A DNA stretch of 64,000 nucleotides from Bugula neritina (GCA_964035545.1 OZ037765.1:16306995-16370994), one strand, 5' to 3'; counted from the stretch's first letter, positions 50,301-59,864 are shown. Notes: generated by a model not told the origin, from the sequence alone. A program made the numbers and translations.

Positions 50301-53049
50301 ACATGAAAGTCTAGGGGAAAACCTCACGATAAAATGTTGGAGTTGTGAACCCCACGCAAATATCAACTTTTGCGAGGGCGGAATAGTGGGAGGAATTAAT
50401 GCGCGTAAAGCAAATAGTTCCGACCTCGTGCCTCAGAAACGATGCTCAGCCTTTTCTTATGCTGACATCACCAAAGGCAGACGTATCTCACAACCAGCTC
50501 CAACCTTACCAAGAACGTTGAGTATGGACATTAATACCGAGTTCCCAGGTAAGCCAGTATAAGTCTTGTATTCCTATTCATTGAAACGGGCTCGATGCCA
50601 GTAAATTCTGAACTAATTCAGCAGATTGAATCAGAATTACTGGGAACCACGTTTCATGTGAATGACGATGAAGACACTGTAATGGCCGACGGTCTGTTAG
50701 ACCTGGAGCTAGACACTGTTCTTGGTCAGTCCACACATGATTCATCAGTTCCTCGAGTGCATTCCAAAAGCTGTGACTCTCAGGCTAGCAACGGTCGACA
50801 GTCACTAGAATTATGTTGTAAAGATCCACCGCGATCTAACAATAATTCTACTTTTGTAGACACACTCGCGCCCGTCTCTCCGGGCATGCCTTCTCTAGAG
50901 ATGGCGTGGGACCCAGAGCCAGCCCCAACAACTTCTACAACCAGGCAACTGCCACCCCAGTTGGAAGCAACCTCCAACTGGATTACCCCTGCCACAGAGA
51001 GAGAGATTAGGACCCATCAAGGAGGTGAGAGTAACCGTGAATGCAACCTCTGCCAGCAGCGATTCACAACCCACCGCAGACTAAAAGTACACTTGCCGCA
51101 GCACTACATCACCACTTTCTGCCCTTGCGGAGAATATAGCTACAATCGTGATTACCTATTGCGGCACCAACGTACTATGCAGTGTTATCAAGGGCATGTC
51201 TATGAAGTAGACGAATCATCCTATCCTGCCTTTCTCAACGCCATCAAACCACTCATCACTGACTCAGCTCGGCTATCTCGCCTGGAGCAAGGCTTCCCTT
51301 CCCCGCGACCCATCATCTCTGGAGCCGCAGATAAACCTACACAGTCTACTAACTCTCCACCTCACAGTCCTCTACGCATGCCGCATACCTTTCCTCGTGT
51401 CGTACTACAGAGGGTAGACACAAATGCGTATACACTCCCTCCTCCCCTTCCATCCTCAGAGCGGAAAAGACACAGACAGCCGACTTCCTCTCGCTCGTCC
51501 CCCTGGGCCCGCAACCTACGTGAAGTAGAAGCTAGGGCACACGACTTAGAGCAAGAAGTGTACAGACTGGCCCCACGGGTGCAGGCTGCATCCAGTGAAC
51601 TCAAATATTTACAGGAGTCTATTAAACGCATGAAGCGTGCGGCCCGCAGTTAACTTGAGTCTACCTACAATTCCATACTACTCTTCCCCTACCTCTCTGT
51701 GGCATTCCCTACCGTAATGGTGGCACGTACTCTACATGTAGATAGGACCTTCTCTTACTTATTACTTATTGTGCACGTTATATATACCTGTATATTTTAT
51801 CAGTTGTTGTTTTTTTGTATATACTTTTATACTGTTCTCTTACCCCCCCCCCCACAACGAAGTATACGTTTTTTTATGTGAATCTTATTTTTATCAGAAA
51901 GTGGGCTTTCTGCTGGAGGGGGCAGTGTGGTGGCTCGTGGAGCTACCAGCAACACAATACGCAAGGTTGCGTATTGACCCGGAACAATGTATTAGCCAAT
52001 TAGCTAGGCTGTTTTATGAGTAATAGTAGCAGCTTCGCGCTACTAGCTCAGTTGAGGATAGTGCTGTAAATTAAATAGACGTGCGTATCATTACTGTTGT
52101 ACATTAGATTTTATTATGTATTCTTGTATTAAAATATAACGATATCTACTCGACTTAACTCGGTGAAGTTTCTCTAGTGATAAATAGATTCTCTTGGTGG
52201 CACATCAACCCTAAATCTGGAAAACATAACAATATACACAAAACAAAAATTTGAGAAACCAAGAAGACAAATTTTAGGCCACTATAGAAGCTTTAGCCAT
52301 CAAGAGAAATCATGCCATAGATACTATATTAATGATATTGCTATTGATATTCAAACTAAAGAAATTAGTGAAAAGACTTATAGTCATACTGATGCAGACT
52401 GTAATATCGCAGTTAAACTTAATGCCATTATTATAATTATACTTATAGTTCAAGTTATACTCATGGACTAAACCGATACGCCTAGACCTATAAGTATAAA
52501 TATAGTCTATGGACTATCAGTATCACTATCACTATGGCTATATTCCTACACTAACCATACATTTAGTTTTACACTTACAATAATACTGCTAGATGCTAGC
52601 AGTTATAGACATTGACTGATAGTGATACGACAGTGACAAGTGTATTTGTAGTGACTACCAGTATCACTGTATTAGATGTTAATAGTAATTATTAGTTATT
52701 TACTACTAATAGTAATAGTAAACGATTAAATCAAAATGCAATACTAAAGGCCAGACTCAGTCTCGCTCTCGGACTAATAGTAAAACTATCACTATGACTA
52801 TGAACTATCAGCATGCTCATAGTGATAGTCATTGATACTGCATAGGTACAGTTAAAAACCAAGTCAAGGCTTAATTTTACAAATAGAATAAACACAATTA
52901 TTTGCAAACAATAGCATTGTGTAAAATTCTTTTTTTTTAAAATTACGCTTCTACTTGAGCTGCTTTTTGGGTATTTTTCTTTCTTACTGTTACTGACCTT
53001 CAGGAGACCCACCTTTTATTCTGAAGTCGTGGGCACCTTACCTTGACAT
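24520..53049 (-). CDS. LMF2: Lipase maturation factor 2 (ER polytopic membrane protein), ~653 aa
   Basis: Minus-strand exons: 53049-53042 (inferred, ATG TCA AG|GTAAGG), 44527-44406, 43709-43659, 43306-43078, 42914-42724, 42043-42018, 41259-41107, 30052-29941, 29747-29592, 29173-29068, 28898-28683, 27014-26893, 26069-25856, 25429-25330, 24675-24520 (sum 1962 nt). LMF motifs: [99 protein letters not shown]. The insert between TGNYNF and NSYGLF and the hydrophobic C-terminal tail favour LMF2 over LMF1. An alternative start is ATG at 44490. Confidence 0.9.
31154..31168 (+). promoter_or_regulatory. X-box (RFX)-like motif upstream of a putative non-coding first exon of the nested ROCO gene
   Basis: GTTGCTATGAACAAC approximates GTNRCC-N(0-3)-RGYAAC. 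It is followed ~115 bp later by a donor CAG|GTAACT at 31283/31284. Confidence 0.3.
31870..39927 (+). CDS. MFHAS1-like ROCO protein (basic N-terminus, LRRs, ROC GTPase, COR; no kinase), ~1140 aa, nested antisense in LMF2 intron 7
   Basis: Exons 31870-31967, 32053-32285, 32475-32653, 32815-32932, 33337-33559, 33784-34146, 34343-34595, 35416-35702, 36750-36912, 37223-37417, 37796-37994, 38116-38279, 38385-38624, 38787-38993, 39191-39469, 39706-39927 (sum 3423 nt). LRRs of LxxLxLxxNxLxxLP type. P-loop [12 protein letters not shown]3 YDLGG, G4 VGTHRD, G5 LVSC. COR region IPMSWQKL...[13 protein letters not shown]...PEGIFER. Confidence 0.88.
34626..35048. repeat. Intronic minisatellite: 33-34-bp monomer (~13 copies) organised as a 135-bp four-monomer higher-order repeat
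   Basis: Monomer CTACA(C/T)T(A/C)ACTTCCCACTGCCTCCCAGCTATCCT. Variants recur every 4 units (33+34+34+34=135), matching the 45-aa periodicity in ORF 34386. Confidence 0.9.
41299..41377. repeat. (TA)n microsatellite
   Basis: Near-pure TA dinucleotide run beginning ~40 nt before the LMF2 exon 41259-41107 acceptor. Confidence 0.95.
42093..42513. mobile_element. Foldback MITE (~200-bp inverted arms, GGG...CCC termini, 4-bp TSD AACA)
   Basis: GGGTCATTTTAC(T/C)TAATTTAGTACACACT... is mirrored to ...AGTGTGTACTAAATTAGGTAAAATGACCC over almost the whole length. AACA occurs at 42089-42092 and 42514-42517. Confidence 0.9.
44785..45090 (+). repeat. 5' LTR
   Basis: TGTGGTGGCTCG...AAAACATAACA, identical to 51926-52231. 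Contains palindrome CAATACGCAA-GG-TTGCGTATTG (44814-44835), stem TAGTAGC/GCTACTA (44883-44904) and ATTAAA (44987-44992). Confidence 0.97.
45092..45109 (+). promoter_or_regulatory. Primer binding site complementary to the 3' end of tRNA-Leu
   Basis: TGGTGGCAGCGGTGGGAT, 1 nt after the LTR, is the reverse complement of ...AUCCCACCGCUGCCA-CCA, the 3' end of metazoan tRNA-Leu(AAG/TAG type). Confidence 0.9.
45124..45990 (+). CDS. gag: Gag (capsid) of the Gypsy element
   Basis: 288-aa ORF directly after the PBS. Gypsy capsid-like motifs [18 protein letters not shown]...W, ALRARFG, SLQEHA, AFVQSL. No intact CCHC knuckle. Confidence 0.9.
   Translation: METENARMQPPPVEGERRNAVNPVNREGEEAYRHCLKAPTFTGSEDVEQFIQEFREVREVAQWPHRVALIQLRRAVTEQAKPYGVGTDVGGILAALRARFGISTIDARTKLERLCRNPRTSLQEHAATVKKLAQIAYSDLPAQHQERYTYDAFVQSLNDLGLNHQLRAKGITRIEDALKAGEAYLLATQMHRAQRSPPVVGVNAARATTGPEALPLEAEVDRMVEMLGQLVTILAGAGPGQALRVPPTPVGQGWSSADQDQGQKGRPQYQGALNCHGPRTLSLPAGRN
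45939..45996 (+). promoter_or_regulatory. Programmed -1 ribosomal frameshift signal (gag to pol)
   Basis: Slippery G-TTA-AAC in gag phase (45939-45945), 6-nt spacer, then a 9-bp GC stem GGCCCGCGG/CCGCGGGCC (45952-45982). Loop CTCC could pair with downstream GGAG (45992-45995). The -1 frame is open from 45897 to ~46290 (...[11 protein letters not shown]...). Confidence 0.7.
45945..50562 (+). CDS. pol: Pol polyprotein (protease, RT, RNase H, integrase) with two apparent 1-nt deletions in the N-terminal/protease region
   Basis: Protease FLLDSG (frame of ORF 46289) and DAILGMPFL (frame of ORF 46585). RT LPFGL...YLDD. RNase H DTDASD...TDH...NADGLSR. Integrase H-H-C-C (THKQAH...CEIC), D-D-E (VDL, SDQG, VERNN) and GPY motif. 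Frame breaks at ~46235-46290 and ~46420. Confidence 0.92.
50595..51653 (+). CDS. Accessory ORF3 of the retrotransposon: acidic N-terminus, tandem C2H2/C2HC zinc fingers, Pro-rich linker, basic NLS-like motifs, C-terminal coiled coil (352 aa)
   Basis: CNLC-x12-HLPQH is a canonical C2H2 finger, followed by CPC-x12-HQRTMQC. Basic motifs ERKRHR and KRMKRAARS. Heptad-like [40 protein letters not shown]. No signal peptide or TM segment. Lies inside the LTRs, 32 nt after the pol stop. Confidence 0.85.
   Translation: MPVNSELIQQIESELLGTTFHVNDDEDTVMADGLLDLELDTVLGQSTHDSSVPRVHSKSCDSQASNGRQSLELCCKDPPRSNNNSTFVDTLAPVSPGMPSLEMAWDPEPAPTTSTTRQLPPQLEATSNWITPATEREIRTHQGGESNRECNLCQQRFTTHRRLKVHLPQHYITTFCPCGEYSYNRDYLLRHQRTMQCYQGHVYEVDESSYPAFLNAIKPLITDSARLSRLEQGFPSPRPIISGAADKPTQSTNSPPHSPLRMPHTFPRVVLQRVDTNAYTLPPPLPSSERKRHRQPTSSRSSPWARNLREVEARAHDLEQEVYRLAPRVQAASSELKYLQESIKRMKRAARS
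51915..51925 (+). promoter_or_regulatory. Polypurine tract
   Basis: GGAGGGGGCAG immediately before the 3' LTR. Confidence 0.85.
51926..52231 (+). repeat. 3' LTR
   Basis: Identical copy of 44785-45090, followed by TSD ATAT. Confidence 0.97.
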
Positions 53050-54134
53050 AGCGATTGACCACAGCTAAAACTGTTACTTTTGTACGCGAAGACGAGTTTT
53101 AGTATCGAAAAGATAACTCTATAATTTATATCCCATGAATGCCCATATTTTGTTGTGATCGAATGCTCATCTGAACTTCCATCGCTTGCCGACTCCACGG
53201 AAGTTGTTAAAGTGAACACTGCCAATGGTAACTAACCACTATAGAAGTTGTCCTCAACCTTTAAACATTCCATCAAAGGTATAGGAGACCATCAGTTACA
53301 ATATTAGGCGTCAGCACCTTAAAAAAACTCTGTAGGCAACTCATTTTAAAACTGTGGAGTGTGTATGCGATTCCTTATAATAGTGGAGCCTTTATGAAGG
53401 ATTTACCAATTTAGTTTATCTGCCTTGAAAATTTCTACTGATGGTCTTGTGACCTTGTGCACACCTACTTTGAAGAAAGAATAGCACAATTATTTTACAG
53501 CACTTTGAAACACTTGATATTCATTCTTATGAATGTTTAATTGAACAAAAAAGGTTGAGCAAGAAAATTATGTTTATTGGTAATCTTCCATAGAATGATA
53601 AGTTTTTTGCATGGCAGCAGCTAAATAGCACACTATCAAACAAACGTTGCTAGAGATAATGAAGGTTTAATCTATGTACATAAAATCTTATTATTTTTGA
53701 AAAAGCACAAATACTGATCTATTTGCTACATAGTATTATGACCAGCAGTTCTTAACATGAGAGCAGATACAAACTATCTAATAATAACAACTCAGTTTAG
53801 TAATATTCAAAGAGATAAAACTCAAAGTTTGTCAGTTTCAGAAGGCTTAGCCAGATAGGCAGCAGCATTAGTTGAGTACCACAGGAAGACTACTCAGTAA
53901 ATATGCAATTCTTGGTGGTACAACAACTAATGCTGACCACAAGTCAATGTCTATCCAATAAGCTTGATCTGGAGTTTAGATTTGTTTAGAGTTTAGATCT
54001 CCAGCTGGGCTCTCCAAGAGGTTCAGCTGCTTGCAAACATGTTAAAAAGAGCACAAATACAGAACTTTTGGTTACTGATCAAAACCAAGTAAAACGACTA
54101 ATCAGTATTTTGACTAAAGAAGCACTTCAGAGAA

Positions 54135-57100
54135 TCATCGACTGCCTAAAGAAGGGAAATCATCTTCATTGTGTACTTGGGGTACAGCAGCCGATTTCTT
54201 ATCTCCTCGATTGAATCCACCTCTAAAGTTACCCCCACGGCCACCACCAGCTCTGGGCCCCCGAGTAAAGCCACCTCGGCCACGTCCACCACGACCACCT
54301 CTAGATGGTCGGCCAGATTCGCCAAAGGTTATTTCGATGTTAAGTTTTTCAAGCGTGGATTTTGTGTTCTCTAGTTCCTATAAAAAGTTAATATACTGCT
54401 ACAAATAAGAACATTTGAGTAAAGGAAGATAATGAAGTAAAAGCGCATATGACTAAAAGCCAGAAAGGAGTGGTTTGCTACACATATGAATAGATGATGA
54501 TGCGAGCAGAATGTCATAGACTGCTATGGCAGAAAATAACTTCTCAAGATTTAGGTCAGATTTGTGTCCTCAGAAAAAAATTAGAAAATAGAAGCGGCAT
54601 TTTCAAACAGATCAATTTTTACTAATATATTTAAATATTTTTTTTACTCATCATCATTCAGCTGTATGCTGCCATGTTTCAATAACTGACATCGACACTT
54701 GATGGTAACAATAATAGAATTGGGAAATATTACTAGAAAGAGACTAGTGAAAATGTTCAATATTATTTCATAATTAAGAAGCCATAAGCAGGTATAAGCC
54801 TTACCTGTTCTTCATCTTCACTTTCCTCTTCGTACTCATCTTCACTCGTGTCCCCCTTCTTCTTTCTCTGCAAGGCAACGGTTCCTTTCCATTGTTTAGT
54901 ATCCGTACCTTCGTTGGCCTTCCTGACTTTAAACTCTGCCTTAGTTTTTGTTTGAGCAGCTTTCCATTCATCAAGGGTCATTTCCTTGGGTTCATCTACT
55001 GCTGGTTCTGCCACAACTTCACTATAAAAATCAACATACATTACATAATGACACAGTTTGTTAGAGAACAAACCTGCTATGGGAGACTAAGTTAGGAGTC
55101 CTAAACATTCATGAATGCATAGGTCACTCACTGATTACTGATTTATCCACCAAGTATTGTTCATATTTGTGTATTATAGCATAAAGCATAATTTATTTTA
55201 GTTTCTGATAAATTTCCAGGTTTAGTTGACTTGACCCAATTTTGCCTTCCAACAGCACTTGCAGCAAAATCTACAGCTAAAAGCTCACTAGGTGTTATTT
55301 ACTGCTAGGTGGCTCCTAGTTTTACTACTTACAATAGTAGCCCAATAAATCAAAGCTAATTATTATTTTTCATTAGCATATGATAATTGCAGGACACTTT
55401 TCTGTTATCCAAAAAAGTGAATGGTCGCCGAGCAGCCAAATATCTATTAGTTAGCTTTTTTGGACTGCTAACACCAAGCATAATGCTACTCATTAACTAA
55501 AATTCAATACTTAATAACTTGCCTAGTACCAGTTTCTTGTCCATCAACTCCATTCTCCATTGTCTCAGTTCCCTCTTTGATTTGATCTCCGTTGTGTTCA
55601 AGTTGAGATTGGATTTCATCGCCCCAGTTATGAGGTCCATTGCCTTCTCTCTTTTCAACTGACTTGACGCCAGTTTTATCACTTCCACTGTGGCGATCAA
55701 AGTCCCGCTTTGGCCTCCCGAATCCTCTCTGTGATCCTCTGCCCCTGGAACCAAAACCTCCTCTTCTTTCTCTAAAGCAGAAGTCAAAAAATTGAGCAAC
55801 TTTCATTGCTTCAAAATAATATTGCTGTTTGTAAATTTTCTACACATTGAGTCTTAAGTTTAATGTTTCTTAGAAAAAATGATTGAACGTATATAGATAA
55901 ATTTAAATGATACGACGGCACACCAGAATTTATTGTAAAATATGGGGGCCTTTTAAGTTAAAAACGGCTATTCTTATATTTGTCAACAGTTCAATTCTAC
56001 AATGTACCAATGTAACTAGCAACTTCCATGTATAAAGATGATGACAAATCTTACAAATTCAATTAAAGAAAATTCTAGCATCTTGGTCAGTAGACAATAT
56101 TTTATGGGCAACAGAGTACTCACTGAAAAGTTACACTTAGAGAAGGCGTTGGGAAATGAGAAGCCATAAGTCACTTTTTAATCAGAAATGTTGGGTTTGA
56201 AAGTACCACATACACATCACTTCAATTTATCAAATTGAACTTGGAATACACAATTTACTTTTACCAGCCTACTACTTTTTTAGAAAAATGCCATTACAGG
56301 CTAGCTGGCAGCCGGGTCTGAATCGCTGCCACTACTACAGTTACAGACTGTGACAATATCAAGGAAACTTGAAAGTATAATACTCAACTTTTAGATTATC
56401 AAGTCTATCTACATTCTACACAATCAAAATTAAACCTAATACTAAACGCACCCGCACACACCCGCACTCACCTATCAAAATTCTGTGGAGGTCTTTCAAA
56501 GTTCAAGTTATCTTTTTGGTTTTCTCTTGATTGTTGAGCCAATCTGGGCGGCTTATTCTCTACAAGCAAAATATTATGAACACTACCTTTCAAAGATGAC
56601 TGAAAGTAAGCAAAAATGAAGTGTGCACAGAAGCAGGCTCATAGCATACAATAGGAATTTATTAAATTATAATAGTAGTGATGAGTGCATAAAATACCAA
56701 TATCATAACCATTATCAATATTGATACAAGTTTTGCTTTGAGCCACCAGCTTTTGGCCAAAAAATCTCGAACTATATCAATATTTCATGAAAAATAAATC
56801 GTATTTTTTGATAGAAATGATGATTAATTTTTTTAAAAAAATTAAGGCATCAAGGTCACACTAATAAAAAGTTGAAGAACCATCATAACTAATACCAAAG
56901 TCATAGAAATTATTTGCAAAACAATCCGTTCAACGGTATGATCTGCAGTTGCGGTATGGAAAAGAACAAAAATTGTCAACACTGGTAACAATAATATGTC
57001 AATTGAAATCAACTGGTAGCCATGGTCAAAATTTAAAATAATCAAAATCAATCTTTTTGTATTTATTTTTTAATTATCATTATGTAAACTAGTTTCTGTT

Positions 57101-58475
57101 CCTTTTAAATTTCAATTAAATTTGATATCATGATTATTTCGTAATCGAGTTAGTCATTAATGTAAATACCTATATTATCAAGTTTTAGTATTACTGAACA
57201 AATTGTTCATTTTTACATAGTTTGAAATTATATTAGTAAGACAAAACAAGAGTTCTTATGATACATGTATATTAGAATTATGAGATTTATTATATTTTTA
57301 TTCCGATTAGTAAACTATTGCTATTACTTCAGTATTACCATTAGGCAGAGTTGAGCCAGTACTTATAGCTATATTAAATACAATAGAAAATTATAATAAC
57401 TTTAACTACTGCATTACTATTGCTCAGTCAGCGTATTACTAAGTCGGATAGTAAATTGATATTGTATTCAATTGCAATGAAATATGACTATTGTCTGAGA
57501 ATAGTTTAGGTAATAATAAGTGAGAGCCTATACTAAAGGTAAGAGCAAGTCTAATAGTACTACTAATATTATTAAAAAATCATGCAAGTTTATAGTGATA
57601 CTGATAAGTCACTACCCCTTTGAAAACCACTGCTGGATAGGGTTTTTTTTACCGAGGTTCAAGTTCTTATCCATATGTGAATGTGGCACAGTAGCAATTA
57701 TGACTGGATCGGTCATAATGACCTTCACTGGAGCTCGAACTCATCACCATGACTTTGCGTTTACTAAGCCAACACTCTAACTTCTAGAGCACGACTGGCT
57801 GCTTCCTTAAGTGAAGTGGTAGTAATAACGTAATACCAAGAGTAAGTCAATTTCTAACAGTAATACGAACACTGATAGTGTTACGACTCATACTGATAGC
57901 CTTAACCTAGCTGTTCAGATCAACAATAAAATTTGAATTGGCTAGTACTATTAGTATTACTTATTAATATTAGTATTACTATTTTTATTTTCCATTAGTA
58001 TTACTATTACAGTATTATAATTATTATTAGACTTAAAATATACTAGTGGCATTTTAAATTCACAATATCAATCATTTTAAATATAATCAATTACAATATC
58101 ACTATATGAATATTAATTATAATATGAATAATATTAATTTTAAATTCAATACGAATATCAATATATGCAATTCACTTTCAGAATGAAAATTATCAAGGAT
58201 TTCTTACCATCGTTTCTGGTATTTGTTTTAAATGGGGCGTTAGGATGGGCAGTTGGTTTCACATTACGTTTGGCAGAAGTCTTGCCAGAGTTCTTTTTGT
58301 CGATCTTTCCTTTGCTATTGGTAAGGTTGAGCTTGGCTTGCGTTGCCTGCTCAGCCGCCAGTTCAGCTTTTCTTTTCTTTTCGGCCAGTTGCTGCTCCAA
58401 AATTTCATGTGGATCTTCATCATCTTCTATTCCCAAGGCAAACCTATTTGTTGTCTGCACACTGTACTCTGTCAT
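54135..58475 (-). CDS. SERBP1: SERBP1/PAI-RBP1 (vig/Stm1/HABP4 family) RNA- and ribosome-binding protein, ~354 aa
   Basis: Exons 58475-58208, 56559-56472, 55771-55523, 55021-54805, 54377-54135 (sum 1065 nt). Motifs [67 protein letters not shown] repeats and C-terminal EDDFPSLG. Candidate poly(A) signal AATAAA at 53578-53573. Confidence 0.92.
57610..57800 (-). mobile_element. Probable tRNA-derived SINE in SERBP1 intron 1
   Basis: The minus strand begins GCCAGTCGTGCTCTAGAAGTTAGAGTGTTGGC...GATGAGTTCGAGCTCC (degenerate A and B boxes) and does not close a tRNA acceptor stem. Confidence 0.4.
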
Positions 58476-59371
58476 TTTTAATGATATAGCGGGATGTTGG
58501 TAAAAACGACAGATTAAAATAATCTTAAGCTTACAATTGTGAAAAATAAGAGACCACCTCCAAATTTAGCGTGCTTAGACCAAGTCATCAAATGCACACA
58601 GGTTTAAAGCTTTAATGATGTTTCTCAAATATATTTTACGTGCATATAGCGAGAGTGTAGTCAGCGTCATAGTCTGAGATTATTCTAATTAGCAGTTCAT
58701 AACCAATAACATTATACATAAAAAGTGACAGTTCTGCAGTACCTTGTTACTGGACCAAAACGTGCTTCTGCAGAAAATTGAAGCGTTGCAATCTATTAAA
58801 TTTTGGTGTCACTATCACTGAACTCAAAATGGTCTTTTCCATTTCATTGGTCACCATCATAATATTAATTATAATAATATGATTATAACTATTTTTACCA
58901 TTACGCCCATTGATGGTGGTGCTGTCAAGGTGTTTCAATTTCACATTTAAGTTAACCCGTTAAACTTTTGACTTTGTAATACTAATTAATAATTTACTGA
59001 TTACTCTAATAGTAATACTAATACTAATAGTATTACTAGTAGTAATAGTTATTATACTTATAGTAAATGTAATACTAATAGAGTAATACTAATAGTAATA
59101 GTGATACTATTACTAATAGTAATACTCATAATAAAAGTAATGCTGACTCCAAGTAATAATATTAATTCATAATTCAATAATTGGTAATAAACTTTAAGTT
59201 TTAGTTTAAGCCCGTTAGTGTTGAGCGTTATGGCATTAGACTTAGTAATAGTATTACTATTACTAAGTCATACTAAGTGTAATAGTTATAGTAATACTGT
59301 TACTTGTTAGTTGTTAGTGTTAGTGTTACTGTCACACTTGGTCTAAGTCTTACTGATAATGATACTAATAG

Positions 59372-59864
59372 CAGGGTTGGGGCAATTGTAATTTGTAATT
59401 CAATTACTAATTGGTTGTAATTAATTTCATTTCTTCTAGTAATTTAATGTAATCTGTAATTGGTGTATAAAAAAGGAATTCAAATTGTAATTAATTACAT
59501 ATCCAATGTAATTGATTTTTACACTTACTTTATAATTACAGGTCAATTACTTCAAGTTTCAACATCTTAAAAATTTCATACTTCGCCTACCATGCCTACT
59601 GTTAGATAACAAGTTCAGATTAAGTCAATGTGGTATAGTATGGCTGTTGACAACAAAGTAGGTTTACCACTGTAGTTGGACCCTAAAAGTGAGATTGCAG
59701 AACTTCTATTTATCCTTTGTGAGAACAAAAGTAATTGTAATTAATTACATTGCCATGTAATTGTAATAAATTGCATTACTTTTCAACTGTAATTATAATT
59801 GTAATTGACAAATGTTCATGTAATTGTAATTAATTAAATTCACATGTAATTGACCCCAACCTTA
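59372..59864. mobile_element. hAT-type MITE with (GTAATT)n subterminal repeats
   Basis: TIR CAGGGTTGGGGCAATT ... AATTGACCCCAACCTTA. 8-bp TSD ACTAATAG (59364-59371) / ATTAATAG (59865-59872). Confidence 0.75.

Larger units (their letters stand above)
44785..52231 (+). mobile_element. Full-length, very young Ty3/Gypsy LTR retrotransposon with a third (non-env) ORF
   Basis: Two 306-bp LTRs (TG...CA), identical by eye. TSD ATAT (44781-44784, 52232-52235). PBS and PPT present. gag followed by pol with PR-RT-RH-IN domain order. Confidence 0.97.

Noticed and set aside
45118-51631. Many antisense and alternative-frame ORFs within the retrotransposon (e.g. 49818-50366 minus, 45997-46245 plus)
   Set aside because: Expected shadows of GC-rich coding DNA; no recognisable domains.
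50595-51653. env gene
   Set aside because: No signal peptide or transmembrane segment; it has zinc-finger and coiled-coil features instead.
53016-53225. 69-aa minus-strand ORF upstream of LMF2
   Set aside because: Non-ATG start and out of phase with exon 2; more likely LMF2 5' UTR/promoter.
54169-54408. Proline-rich plus-strand ORF
   Set aside because: Antisense shadow of the SERBP1 RGG exon.
54550-54660. Possible C/D snoRNA in the last SERBP1 intron (ATGATGA...CTGA on the minus strand)
   Set aside because: No terminal stem and no guide I could match to rRNA/snRNA; boxes are expected by chance in AT-rich DNA.
57720-57800. tRNA gene
   Set aside because: A/B-box-like motifs are present but the cloverleaf does not close; treated as a SINE head.
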